Translations under genes and position numbers: made by a program
The notes under the pieces: generated by a model
Databases searched by the model: none
What the model saw: the letters and a program-made list of their open reading frames with translations, nothing else
Told to the model about the DNA's origin: nothing
Shown here: in pieces, positions 1 to 14,000 of the stretch
Position numbering within the stretch: position 1 is the first letter of the stretch
Layout: every line of letters starts with the position of its first letter
Origin: Acanthaster planci
Taxonomy: Eukaryota
Length of the DNA: 64,000 nt
Direction: 5' to 3'
Assembly: GCF_001949145.1 (NCBI RefSeq)
Contig: NW_019091362.1
Coordinates: forward strand, 1,247,838-1,311,837

Positions 1-1389
1 GCATGGATAAAAAGTAAACATTCAGGCAAAACAATGTGCATGTATACAGGTATGGAAAGTGCTCTAGCATGGGCATGTACTCTGATACACATACGTGTAT
101 ACAAGAAAGTGTGGACAGCAGAATATGCAAACATGGCTGGGGCATCGTCAGTATTTGGCCTGCCATCTGTCAAGGTCACATGACCCGTCATGTGCAGGGT
201 GTCATCCACTTTTGTTCAGGCATATCCGGTTCGTAAGTGACTTTGTCACAAAGGCAGACGGGCCATGATTCACAGGCTCCCATTGGACGATCACAGAAGT
301 TGCGCATTAACTTCTGGTTTCATGGTTCCATGTAACCCTATGTGCAGTGCACGTACATGTATGCAGTGGCCGTGGTTTAAACTGAAGTGACGTCACACTT
401 GCGAACCGGATTGGGATGAGGTCAGAAAATATGCAGGGTCAAAAGGATATTTCATCCTCTGCTCAGTAGATGCAAACAACCTAAAATAAAAAAAGAAAAA
501 AAATTTGTCTTTGCTTATATGTGTCAGTTTATCTGTTGGTCCTTTTGTCTTAAATTCTGTCAACACACATGAATGTGATTCATAACTGTGGCTTGGAAAT
601 CAAAGATAAAGTGTAAGAAACCATACTTCAAAGTTGCCATTTGACAACAAGTGCACATATACATGTATATGTTTATGGACGATCTCCCAACAAGAAAATG
701 TATCAATCAATTTACAATGTATTTACATATGCAAAAGTTGTGACTGCTTTACTTCTGCAAAATTAATTCTTTATTTAGGAATTAGAGCCTTGCTGTCAGG
801 TTTTGAGGTTTCTGTTTGGAAAATGATTCTTAAAAAGTAAATTCAATTAATTCCTGCATTACTGGATTTTTGAAGATAGCAAGGTACCAGCAGAATCAGT
901 GATAAATATTCTTCCAACAATGTGATGCATCTTGACTGCTGTAAGTCCTCCCTGTGTTTCCCCGATATTTCTTACTGCTTCATAAACATGTTTCAGCCCA
1001 AATCCCGTACAACTATAAGGCACAAGTTAATAGTGATGCAGCACTGATTACAGGAGGCTACTTTCTGCATGTGAAAGTTGAATTATGAGACCACACAGTG
1101 CAAGTTTGTTAACAAGAGCAACACTCATGCACATGTACATGTATGTACGGACACAAGTACAGTATACAGACACATGTAGATACATGTATACCCATAAACT
1201 ACATGTACATGTATGACTCAGAGTCTCTGGACCGTTTTCACTTTCATAACCCTTGTGCTGCCATTTCTGGATGAAACCATTTTCTTTTTTTAACTCTTGG
1301 GAAGTTTTAAGAAATTGATGGTGAAACAGCAGTACATGAAGTGAACAAGGCCCGGGTACATCTATTCTCCATCTGGGCAGACTTCTTAT

Positions 1390-1806
1390 TCACGCATCCT
1401 GCATATTGTGCACGTACTTATGTACTCTTGTACCAAGGCGCGTTGAACATGATGTTGTATTAATGACACTCTTGGCATCATTGTACCAACCTTCGGGTAT
1501 GGGAATGTCTGGATTGATGGGCTGGACCACTCTACAGACCGTGGAGGACCGGTTCTTCATGGCATCCCAGACACATGTAGGCTTGTGGCTCTCCGGGTGA
1601 ACCGTGACCTCCCCGGCGCATTCATCCTCAATGTCCTCATCCCGAGGTTTGGCAGACAAGCTGCGACTTCCTGTGGCGCGTAGGAAGCGTCTGCAGCCAA
1701 GAGAAACCCAACAGAAGATAACCACACTAATTAGGAGGGGTAAACTAAGCAGTACACTATCTCCAGTAGTGTTGGGAGAAGGGAGGCAGGCAACATGGGG
1801 ATTCAT
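1390..1806 (-). CDS. Putative 138-aa small single-pass membrane protein (single coding exon), unknown family
   Basis: ATG preceded by an in-frame TGA. Short N-terminus with N-glycosylation sequon NTT, ~21-aa hydrophobic stretch (VLLSLPLLISVVIFCWVSLGC) followed by RR, then a polar/acidic tail. The ORF is more GC/CpG-rich than its TACATGTA-rich flanks. Candidate acceptors at ~1837 or ~1849. No homolog recognised. Confidence 0.5.
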   Translation of the reverse strand: MNPHVACLPSPNTTGDSVLLSLPLLISVVIFCWVSLGCRRFLRATGSRSLSAKPRDEDIEDECAGEVTVHPESHKPTCVWDAMKNRSSTVCRVVQPINPDIPIPEGWYNDAKSVINTTSCSTRLGTRVHKYVHNMQDA

Positions 1807-4268
1807 TCAGCAATGATTGTCAAACGTGTTATCATACTGTTTCAAATTCTAAAGTGTTGGCACTCTCAATTCCTTAAAAAATTCCACTTCATCCCAAGGG
1901 GACAACTTGGCCCATCCCTTCCCTCCCTCAAGATGGCAGTTCATGTACATGTACCGGTACGACTGACTGACCAGAACATCAAAGCAAATTCTACATGTAC
2001 ATGTAGCTCAACTTCTAAATGTTTTTGTCACTTACATGTAAGTAAGCAACCGTATGTTGCATACACATGTACCGTGGGTGAACATGTTTTTTGTATGCAC
2101 TAATATACATGTACCGGTACATGTTTGTGCATACATTTATGTACATGTACATGGTACGTGTAAATGTGCTGCTAAACCAGCCAAATGGACTACAGGAAGC
2201 CTCAATCCTACTTGTATGTACTGTACATGTAATTACATGCACACATGTGCATTTATGTACATGCAGCAACAGTGTAGGCCTACTCCGATGACTGGTTTAG
2301 GAGAGAAGATCAAAGGCCAGAAATCAACACAGGATTTTTAATGACCACAGAAAATGGAATAGATGCATACAGGTACATGTACATGCAAGTAGCAATTAAA
2401 ATATAAAAATTACCTAGCATTTTGTGAGGCAACACAAGGGAAATTGCTGTATCAACACATATTTTGAAACTATTGTTTCTGTGATTTCGACAAGTCACAG
2501 GTAAATTTTTTGAGGATTCCTCATGAGAATATGATACACAATTCAATAAACCAAAATACATGTAGACTAGTACTGCATAATTTACAGAAGTGGCATACAC
2601 ATACATGTATGTACATGTACATGTGCGTATACATGTACCGGTACATGTACAACAGATAGAATAAGACCATCATTTACGTGAATATCACAGAACACATGTA
2701 CATGTATACGGTTCGTTTACCCTACATGTACATGAATGTGGCATGTGCCATGACGTACTAGTACATGTGCGCATAAATGTATATCTCCATGTACTGTACT
2801 GGTATCTTTCTTGTGCCCGGAGAAATGCACAGAACATCTGATAAGCAGATGAGTGCCCCTGGCTCCCATCTGATGGTCGGCTGATTCCTCCAAAGCCGAT
2901 GACACACCGTCAACTTCAGATCGAAGTCTTTACTGATTCTTTAATGCACTCCCTTGGCAGGTTCTAAGTTATCTGTTTTTTAAAGTTTAAGCGCAACCAA
3001 TGATGTTTCCACAATAAAGCCAAGGTACATGTAAGGGGAATACCAATTTCTCTCCCTTTTCAAATGAGCTGCATCACAGGTTGTTCAGGGATTTCAAATG
3101 GGGGGCGGGGGACCCGAGGGAGGGCACATGCACCCCAGTAGTTACGCCACTGCCGGTAGCGTCTGGTACAGAGTCTACGCATATACATGTAGCAGTAGCA
3201 GCACCCCGTGTGAACTGTAAAGAAGTTTTTCATTATAAGCAAAGCAAAAAGGGTCTGTCAAAATCTGCAATTTTGGGCTACCCAAGAAGAAAAAAAGTTA
3301 GTGCAAGGCCTGCTTTCAATAAGTTTTGAGTAAAGATGCAAGCAAACATACATGATCAGTCTTAACATTATTATGATAACCAGAATAAATTACATGTACC
3401 GTTAACAGTAAACTGTTTCTTGAATGCATATTTTTACAATTCCTTGGTGATTGGGATGTGAAACACAATTGAACAAAAGGGTAAACGTCTCCATTTTGCC
3501 CTTTTTTCATTTGGTTCCTCAGTTTTAATCACTATTCACAAACACAAAATGTTTGTACCCCCAAAAAAATCAAACTGAAATTTAAAGTAACAGTGCTATG
3601 AGTATTTATGGTACCACTACTTATCTCCAGTGTCTTTTCTCCTCAATTCCCTCTGTTTACCGATACATGTACCTTTGATGAGCTCCTTAAGAGCATGATC
3701 AACTTTTCACTTTGGTGTGGAACTGTCCAAAAGTCATTTCTTCACAATTTCGTTCAAAGTCCAACAAAAGTAAGCACTTCAATGACTGGCTTAACGTACT
3801 GGTACATGTACATGTAGTTTAATAAAGGGCTCATCCCATCAAATTTTTGATACACTTCCTTTGGAACTGTTGTAAAAATGCATGAATCATAAAGGAACTT
3901 ATAAAGGAAAGCGTGATCAGAAGAGGAAGCCCAGTTTGAAGGACAAATGAACCAACTACATGTACTTACATGTACTATACCAAAGAGATTGAAAAACAGC
4001 ATGCTGAAATGTCTACTACCGCGGTATGCACCGTATGAGGAACTCATTTATTTCAATGCTAAATGTACATGTACCATACCCAGTGACGAATCTCTTAAGA
4101 TGCACTGGTTTTCATAAGACCAGCTGTGTCAATATTGAATGTACTGGTACATGTATGTGCTTGGTAACCAGGCCTGATGAACATGAACATGTACAATGTA
4201 TGTCTCATTTGCAAACATGCTCCTGAAATGTACAGGTGCATGCGCATGCACATGTACATATTATTAAC

Positions 4269-4474
4269 AATGTACGGTACATGTACATGTAATCCGTGCA
4301 CATGTACCGGGTACATTATGAGAGTAACTATTGCACATACCCATATACATGTGCACATATCCTAGAATGTACGGTACAGGTACATGTAATCCGTGCACAT
4401 GTACCGGGTACATTATGAGAGTAACTATTGCACATATCCATACATGTGCACATACATATCCTAGAATGTACGGT
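4269..4474. repeat. Tandem duplication, ~97-99 bp unit, ~2.1 copies
   Basis: Unit beginning aatgtacggt recurs at 4269, 4366 and 4465; the first two units have near-identical interiors (catgtaatccgtgcacatgtaccgggtacattatgagagtaactattgcacata). Confidence 0.9.
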
Positions 4475-7400
4475 GCAAGTATCCCAGAATGCACCAGTAT
4501 AATAACACCATGTTTTTGTGGATACCGAATATGCCCAATACATGTACCAGTACTTTTTGGTACATGTTTATTCCTAAATAAAGTTTTTTAGTTTCATCTA
4601 CTCAAAACGTACACTACATGTTGTACATGTACTGTGCATTGTTTGTGTGCTCTTTCTAGGAGTACAAGGTATACAAAAATCAATATACACTGATACCGGT
4701 ATATGCAAATTCATGTCAACATTTCAGCTGTACACTGTGCATACATGCACTGTGTACTTGTACATGTACAGTACTACGGTACATGCACACTACACAGATT
4801 TATTCTCTTTATCCCTGAAGGTTAGGACGTACACCCACCAATCCCCAAACCAGGCTGAAGTCAGTATTTGTGATGTTGGACAATTCCTCTCTTTCAGCTT
4901 TTTTGTACCTACTGACCTACAAGCTTACTGTACAGAGTATCTTGAATATGAGATGAACACATACATTTTCTTAAAACATACATGTACATGTACATGTCAG
5001 TAACCCTGTAAACTATACGTACCGTACATGTACATCAAGTATACATGTGTACATGTACTGCAAATATTGTTGCTTTTAAATAGAAGCTTTTCCAGCTATT
5101 GGTACCGATGGGTGAATAGTAAGAACTGTTCAATATGGCACTTAAAAAGATTAAAACTCACTTTAACCTACATGTACGTGTAGCCGTGTACACCATACGC
5201 CAAAATCAATTGGTAAGAAACGTTTGACTTAAATCAGGGGCAAGTTATTAAACCAACATAATTATAATAACTCCATGGTCAATTACGGCATTACGACTTA
5301 ATTCAAAAGCGTTATCTCTAAGGTTTGGTGGAGTGCAATGCTGATTTGAGTTGACAATATCAAGTTCACGGAACTTCTGGGGATGAGAATTGGGACAAGC
5401 TTTCCCCCTCAAGGCATCCTGGTCATTATGTGTTTTTTTTTAAGGGTCTGCAGTCATCAACCGGAGACAGCGGAGTCAAAGCATGAAACGGGGCAGAGCA
5501 ACCCGAGACCGCTCAATTCAGCGCTGAGGCTACACGGTGGCGCGACAGCCAACGCGAAAATTCCCCAGGGCCCAGCTACACGTGCACATATGTGCACATG
5601 CTAGGTAACCCAGTAAATGCCGGCATCCAGGTCAGTCCATGCTGTGTGATATGTCAGTTACCTTCCTGTTAACTATCTGTAAAAGTATCGATCTACCAAT
5701 ATGTAAGCCCTCCTTTTTTTTTAATCAGGGACAAATGGTCAAGGGTAATATTTTAAGTTGGGAATGGCTGCTCAAAATGTGTCTTGCAGCTAGGATAAAA
5801 AAGGGTTCTTGAAATTGCAAAAAAGGGGATAATATGGTATTCTTGGTTTTGAAATATCTGAGAAAAGAAATACACGTAGATACAATGTATGTACATGTAG
5901 GACTGGAAGGTGAAGATTTTTTTAATTAAGTAATCATTATTTTCAAATACAGATTACATGTAAATAAAACATGTAATAAAAAAAGCCTGATACACATACA
6001 TGTACATACCAGTATGTATGCTATAAATACATTTTTGCTCCTGTGCTAATTTACTCCACAATCCTGATTTGCTAATTCAATGTCATTATTATTTAAGTCA
6101 TACATGTACAAATGTACCTGTAGCCTTGTGTGTACCATACAGCATTAAATTATTGTGAATTTAGAATTTAATAAAAAGGCAAATCTGAAGATACTTTGTG
6201 AGTGCAATTTCTGGTTTTGGCAAATTTCCAACAGGGAAGGGATGCTCCTCAAGTGAGAACTGTGGACAAGTATCGTCTTATTTTTTAGAATTTTTATCTG
6301 ATTTTTTACACATCCCAAGAACTGGAATGTGATTTTGATTAAAGCAAAACAATCACACCGAACGATTAGCCCCATGGCCATTGGTGGCACAATCATGGCA
6401 GCTCTAAATATAAATGTTGACCGAGCGACAATGACATTACAGCATCACTAACAGCTGACAGAGTACTCGTATTTGAAACAATATACAGCAGCCACATGTT
6501 GATGTACATGTAAGCACATACATGAGACTGACTCCAGTCAAATATGCCAAATTACACTTTTCTGACGGCATAGATCCCGTACAATCTCATCCCATTACAC
6601 CAATACATACTGTAGTATTTTACAAAGAATATTTACAACTAAGAATTTTGAGCAGAAAATGACTGAACAAATACACACAGGATACCTGTACCTTGCAACA
6701 TTTGACACAATAATCATACCGTACATGTACATGCAGAGTCAAAAGGAGAGTTACATGTACATGCACCTACATGTACTTAAAAAGTATCAAAATACTGGAA
6801 AAGGGGAATCAACACAAAAAATACTCATCAGATTTCCGCTATCGGTTGATGAACTCCATTTTCCCTAAACACAAGGCTTTATAACATGCAAAAACATAAT
6901 TGAAAAACAGAATATCTGAAATGTATTTCATGCTTTTAATTTCATAAATGAAATGTACGCATCCACCATCCATCAAACACCTACATGTAATGTATACCTA
7001 TTTACAGCACAAATAACATGATCCACATGTACATGTATATGTACTGTGCAGGTACATGTACATGTACCAATAAATCTTTATTGCTTCCGTTTGTGCATAC
7101 TGGTACCCGGTACTCATCGGTACAAGTACGCGTAAACTGGCCTGAATTTCAGCATGCTCCTCGCGGCCAGTGTTATCACATACAAATTCAGTCAAACTTA
7201 CCATCCCGGTGCCATGAAAATCCTACTACACTGTCATGAACAATGTACTGGTACCCAGTACTCATTAAGGTTCTACATGTACATGTAGTACTAGAACTTG
7301 TACTTGTATACACCATTACATGTATCAGTACCAGTTTAATGCATACACTGTACATGTACATGTATACATTTACAGTGGTACTCAAAATTATTCACACCCT

Positions 7401-7550
7401 TTGGAAAATAACATACCCGGTACTCTTCTACATTCCTCATTTGTAAAGGCTATCACATATGTATGTTGGTACAGTATCTTTTGTCTGTTTGTTGAAATAC
7501 ACAAACCCACATGTGTGTTGGCTAAACTTCATTTGCTTAACAATAAATGT

Positions 7551-8787
7551 TGCCATGTTGAGAAATTAGCCATTTACCAGTCAGTCCTGCACTCATTAAT
7601 GCAGTCCTGTTTTCCCACCAAGATCACGACAAGACACACCAACGATAAGCCATGGGTCACCGATGCATTTTGACATTTGGTCCAGAGACGCCAGCGGGCA
7701 AGAATGGCAGTCAAAGTTGACTCGGCAAAACAACTTCGTAACCAAGTTCATCGTGCTGCCTCGCGTTTACGGCATGATTTCTACCAGTCTAAGATTGCTA
7801 CCTTGCAGAATTAGTCCTGCAAAGACTGGTGGAAAAACATGTAGGCACTCATTGGAGCACCATCAATAAAGGGAGGTGCCTATTTGCAGGGCCTTGCCAA
7901 AACGGTGTCCAATGGAGAACTGCAGGCACTAGCAGATAAGATTAATGACTTTTTAAACCAACCCTATCTTCCAGTCAACAGAACCTGTGCCAGCAGAGCT
8001 TTGCATCAGTGTTTACTCTACGAAGAAGGCTCTTGATAAGATTGACGTTGCCAAAGCCACGGGGCCTGACGGAATCCCTGCATGGATTCTCCGAGAATTT
8101 TCCAATGTACTTGCTGCCCCTCTAACGGACATTTATAACAGTTCATTTAGAGAGGGTGTAGTTCCCACGAGTTGGAAAACTGCTCATGTCATCCCCACAC
8201 CAAAGACGTTTCCACCCAGGTCAACAGACACTGATATTAGACCAATTTCATCGACATCCATTGCTGCCAAAGTGTTTGAATCTATTGTACTCCACCAAGT
8301 GTCTAGTAAAATCAAGGACAAAATAGACCCAAACCAATTTGGCTGCATTCCTAAATCTGGTACTACTGATGTGCTTGTGGAAATGGTTCACCGATGGTAC
8401 GAGGCTACTGACAAACTCGGCAGATTTGTACACATCCTGCTGCTAAACTACTCCGAGGCATTCGATCACACAAATCACTACATTCTTATCCAGAAACTGA
8501 TCGACCTGGATCATCATCTAGTACGTTGGATGGCTGCGTTCTTGAAGGATAGGACCCAACGTGTCAAAATTGGGTCTGTAAATCACCCGCAGGTTGTCCA
8601 AATGGTGGTGTCCCACAGGGGACACTATCTGAATTTTGTATTGATTCTGGTTTTTGTATTGCTGTTTTTACCAATTTTAACTTAAGGCTTTAGTATTTTT
8701 ATATTGTATTTTGAAATGGTGTCTTTTTGGACTATATTCTGTAATTCAATCCAACCTTTGGTTGCAAATAATCATAATCATAAAAGA
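7551..8787 (+). mobile_element. Truncated non-LTR retrotransposon (L2/CR1 group) reverse transcriptase fragment inserted in the Tc1 left TIR
   Basis: ORF 7987-8685 has KATGPDGIP, WKTAHVIPTPK, RPIS, NQFG and AFD motifs; upstream NDKPWVT; GGVPQGT at ~8604-8625 in a shifted frame. It then jumps directly to an AT-rich 3' UTR ending in an (aatcat)-like tail. The YADD region is absent. Confidence 0.88.
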
Positions 8788-9018
8788 TGTGGCCCGGGTT
8801 TGTTTTTTGCTCCTGATCAAAATTATTCATACCCCAGAGAAAATCTCGAGAAAAAAATGACTGCAAGAATCTTTGGCATGAAGCTATTTCAAGATGTTCC
8901 AAAAGAATAAATACCTTCTTTTGATGACTTTGTGTTCAAGATTCTGATGAAATGCCATCTCCCCCAAAGAGTATAAAAAGAAGAAAAGTTTTCAGATCTT
9001 TCTCAGTTACTCCTCACC

Positions 9019-10015
9019 ATGACCAAAAAGAAGGAACTCAATGAGGACATACACCAGTGTATCGTGAATGCCCATAAAGAAGGCAAAGGCTACAAGGCAA
9101 TTTCCAGCAATATGAGGTCCCTGTTGCAACAGTTCAGAGTATCATCAGGAAGCATAAGAAGTTTAACACAGTGAAAACCTCAATGGGCGTGGCTGGAAGT
9201 GCCAAGTATTCCCTAGACTCACCAGAAAAATCTGCTGGGAGGCCAACAACAACCCATGGATCACAACCAAGGCCCTAACTGATACCATTGACAAGGCAGG
9301 GACAAAGGTGTCCCAGGCAACCATCCAGTGAGTATTGCACAAAGGAGGTCTCCACGGACACAGGCCCAAGAAGACACCACTACTCAAGAAGAAACATAAA
9401 GAGGCTCATCTAGCATTTGCTAGAGCACATTTGAACCAAGATCCTACATGTACCTTTTGGTCATCGGTCCTGTGGTCTGATGAGACATAGATGGAGTAGT
9501 TTGGCCACATGGATATTGCCTACGTCTGGAGGAAGCAAGGAGAAGCATACAAGCCGAAGAACACAATCCCAACTGTAAAGCATGGTGGTGGCAACATAAC
9601 GATATGGGGTTGCTTCTTTGCTAGTGCTACCAGGAACCTCATTAAGATCAAGGGCATCGTGAAAAAGGAGAATCACCGGTAAATCAAGATCCTGATTGGA
9701 CGAAGGGTACCAGCAGGACAATGACTCCAAGCACACCGCTAAGGTAGTAAAGCTGTGGTTCAAGGACAGTGGTGTCCATGTACTGGAATGGCAAAGTCAA
9801 AGTCCTGACCTAAATCCAATAGGAAACCTGTAAAGGGCGCTGAAGACCTGAGTGATGGCCAGGAGACCATCCAACCTGACCCAGCTGGAGGCTTCTGCCA
9901 AGGAAGAGTGGGCCAACATCCCACAGGAGACATGCAGAAAGCTTGTGGGCATTTATACGTGTAGGTTTGTCATGAGGCAGTCTTCAAGAACAAATGTCAC
10001 TGTATTGACTATTAA
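9019..10015 (+). pseudogene. Tc1 (DD34E) transposase pseudogene
   Basis: Hand translation gives MTKKKELNEDIHQCIVNAHKEGKGYKAIS..VPVATVQSIIRK (paired-like HTH), [30 protein letters not shown] and [12 protein letters not shown]. Multiple frameshifts and stops; the catalytic E of NPIE is changed to G. Confidence 0.92.
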
Positions 10016-11077
10016 GAAGAGACTTTGGACTACCTTTATGTAAACCTGGGGTGTGAATAATTTTGACCCCGGCCTACATGTATCTATTATTATGCAAATG
10101 AAGTTTAGACAACACACATGTGGGTCTGTGCATTGCAACAAACAGACAAAAGATATACATGTACAGTGAAAGTACCGAGATAAAAGCTGTTACAAATGAA
10201 TAATTTAGAAAGGTACAGTATGTTATTTTCCAAAGGGAATTAATAATTTTGAGCACATGTATATACACAAATATGTATACCAGTAGATTGGGTTCCATAT
10301 TACCATGATTGCTAAATGGTTACTCCAGCACAAGTACATACAGTGGCAACACCAGGAAACAAGAATGGCACGTTGTCCCTGCATTAATGTACATGTACAA
10401 CTGTACAATGTACATGTACGTATAATGCAGTTTTCACATCCCCACTGCTTGACTGAGTGATTGTGCTGTAAATTTTTTCAATGCTTCTTTCCCATGTTCA
10501 AGGAACCATTACTGAGTGTCAGCTGCAAGGAGTTTACTGAAAAACAAACCACAGTGTTTAAGCATAGGAATCCTCAACATCTTAAAATCTACACAGCGTC
10601 CGTTTTTATCATACCAAACTGAGTGACACATCGACACAAAGAGCTCAAACTCCTCGATCTAATACAAAGTAACACTCAAAAGGAAGTTCTAGAGACTAGT
10701 ATCAAATATGGTCACTGTGTGCAGGTGAGGCTGGATGTAGTGAGGCTGCACCAGCGGCTAAGCCAGAGGGGGAATGGGGGATTCCCCCCCCACAAATTCC
10801 CAGTGCCCTCCCCCCGGTGCCCCCCTCCACTGAAAAAAAAAATGGATAATGAACAAGGCTGACAAAAATTTGCCCCCAACAAACACACCACTGAAAGCTG
10901 GTGCCCCCCCCATAAGATGCTGGTGCCCCTTTGTGCTCCCACTGGGCTGCACACATGAAAGTCTCACTGTTTCCTGCCAAGACCATTCACCCATCTTGGA
11001 GAGATTAAAAACAACACACAGTCTTGGAAAAGTCAGCCACAAGCCTCATTTACATGAGATCTTAAATGATAGCTTAC

Positions 11078-14000
11078 CTGAAAGACATGATTATGGTGAC
11101 TGAAAACCATCAGCCTGAGTATGGTTGAACCAATCCCTAAAAGAATCACGATAAAAACAGGAAGAAAGAATGCTATTTATAACATGCCAAAAACTCTGCA
11201 TAATTTTTTTACGATGTCATTAACTTGTTCATGTTACACTTCTGCATGCATTAAAGGCTTGGAATTTATTGTGCGACAGGCTAATAAGGACGCATACAAA
11301 ATAAATTGTTCATTGTCTTATTTTTCAAAAAAGTTGGGGATTTTTTTTTCTCATGACACTGCTAATGTGACTTGAAAAATTACAATGTTCTTCTTTTTTT
11401 AGATCTCACCCAAAAAATTACTGTATTTGCTTTTTACCTTGGCTCCATACTGTAACTCAGCCTCCATTCAATGATTGATTTCACTTCCCGATAATTTTTC
11501 TACTTCTATGAAGCCAACGAGTCTAATGTGAGTTCCAAGCTGTGTGAGTTTATTGGTTGAAGCATCCAACTGCACGGCCAACTGCCAACTTCTGGCTTCA
11601 TCTATAACTTGAATCAGTTTTAATCCACTGACTTTGGAATTTCTAGCTCACGAAAAAGATGGAAGTATTTTCATTTAGTTTGAACAAAATACAGTCCAAC
11701 AAGTGATCCTGATGTCAGAGGTGAATGTGCGGCAAAGGCTAGGCTGAAATCTTCTGGTTTCTTAGCACTCCAGCAAGATGTCACTAAGTCTACAACAAGT
11801 GTGTTTCAGCGAACATTTAGCCGCAAACATGACTAGATGCAAAGCCCTGTCATACAACCAGTGTCGTGGGGTTTCTTCAAAATATTTTTATGAACTCATT
11901 GCATACAAGCACACTACTAGTACTGCCAAAGTATGCGTCACAACACAAAGACAGGATACCAGCCAGTAAGCAGAGTTACTGTATGAGTGAATGGACCACG
12001 TCACTGATTTTTAATGTGCATTGTAAATGCACGCAGGTGGGGCCGGTGCCGCCACTACATGTCGGAAGTTCCGCATGAACACAGATTTCTGAAGGTAACA
12101 GAGTCCGCTTTGGATTCAACGGTCTAAATACCGGTAACTGAATTACCGCAGTCTCTGGATCTTCAACATATGCACTCTTTAAAAAAAAGGAGGGAGGGTC
12201 AAGGTGCAACAACTTTTTTATTTTTATGCAGCCTGACTGCAGCACAACATGAGCAAGCACAGCCATTTGCATTGCAGCTGGAAAAAAAAAGCAATGCAAA
12301 TGAATTATTCAAAATACCCTATGTACGCACATTATGCACTACCAGGATCATGTGATTTACAGATGAACTGTACAGTAGCTGAGTCAGACAGGGGCTTTTG
12401 ACCATGTACTGTAGATGTTATGTACCGGGGGGGTATGTGTAAATTAAAAGCTTTTCCACTGACTACTTGGTAAAAAAGCAAAGCTGAGGGTAAAATTTCA
12501 CTGTGTAGACGGAACAAAAGATAACCCCATTTAAATGATTTAGAAAACAAATGACTACTGTGAGGTCTGCTTATGATCAGTGTTGTGTGTTTGACTCCAA
12601 AATGTCAACGACAACTTCGGTCAACTTTCACTATATGTAAGTATCATTATGGGAAGCCACTATCAAATACTGAAAAAAAATTGTGGCCCTTATATTTTTA
12701 AGATTTCCTTGGCCAAGGTGCCCATCTTAAAACTGGGTACTAGTTTTGGGGTTTCCTTTTGCAGAAATGGAACAAAAGAAAGTTCTGTTTATAGTACCTA
12801 CATCAATTGCCCTTACATTTAGGCCTATCACTACATTTGAGTACCTCCAATTTATCTGAAAAAAATGATTTCATGCCTGTTACTTGAGATGCAATTGAAA
12901 AAAATTTTCAAAGGAGAGCTGGGGAAAGTTAAGACTCTCAAACTGCATCACAAAACCCAAGTAATCAACACACAAGTTTGTTTCCAACCAAAAGCACCGA
13001 TTTAACATGTACATGTAGGACACAGCTTATTTATCCCTAACCCTCCTCAATCCTTCACCTGTTGGAGGACTGAGGAGTGTTAGGGTTATGGTATCTGGAA
13101 ACCAAAAGGGGCTCCACATGCCTTCAGGGCCAGAAGATCAACTTTGTTTTTTTAGTAGGACGTTTTACTCACCAATCTCTTGTTCTTTACTGGTACATGA
13201 TGACCATTGCATTGAACACTTCACGTGCATCACAATGCGCATGCACCAGGCCAATACCAACCATCTCGGCCGCCGACAATATCTGCTCGACCATTTTCAG
13301 AGGTGGCAACAAAATCTTATATGCGTTACACATGGTACATTGTACTTGGGGCAGGCTTTCTCAAGGTTAAGGGGACAATTTCTTTTGTTAGGCAAATTTG
13401 GACCGAGTTGTGTACCCGTACATAACCATTACCGGTTTCAGTCCCTGCAAAACGGGGTAAATATCACGTGCACATGTACATGTACCAGTATCTCCCCACA
13501 ACTATGGAACAAGAAATCGTGAGAAAATGTTTTGGGGGTGTTTTTGCAAGGGACGGTTGAAAACAAGATTCAAGCCCCCACCTCTGACAAAGCTCGAGCC
13601 AATATCAATAGTGGTCAAGATGGTCGGTCAACTCATGGCCTTTTGGCCTGATGCATGCACGGTGTAATGCACACAAGGTGTAATGCAATCGTCATCACGA
13701 GATTGAGAGACTGCAGAGCAAAAACTCCAATTTGAAAAAAAAAAGTAAGTTTCATGGTCTAAAATCCAAGTCACAGTTTTCAAAAGTTACAGGCATCTCA
13801 GGACAACTCTCATGGGAAATATTAAATGAGAAAGTAGAATTTGTGTTACAGAGGTTGGATTCAAAACCAGACTGTATAATGACCCCTTTACGGGCTAATT
13901 TGTCCAAAAGACACACAGAAGTGCCTTTTGGTTTCCAGAGGTGCCCGTAAAATGACATAAAGCAAGAATTACCGGCATGGTGATTTGAGTTTTATAGCAA

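Larger units (their letters stand above)
7373..10259 (+). mobile_element. Degenerate Tc1-family DNA transposon with long IR/DR-type terminal inverted repeats
   Basis: TA|CAGTGGTACTCAAAATTATTCACACCC left end. The right ~210 bp (10048-10259) is the reverse complement of the left end and finishes at G|TA. Inner direct repeats caaaattattcatacccc (~8818) and ggggtgtgaataattttg (~10048). Confidence 0.9.

Noticed and set aside
2015..7450. Many short ORFs rich in MYMY/TCTC/VHVH
   Set aside because: These are translations of TACATG-type low-complexity repeats in multiple frames, with no domain signal.
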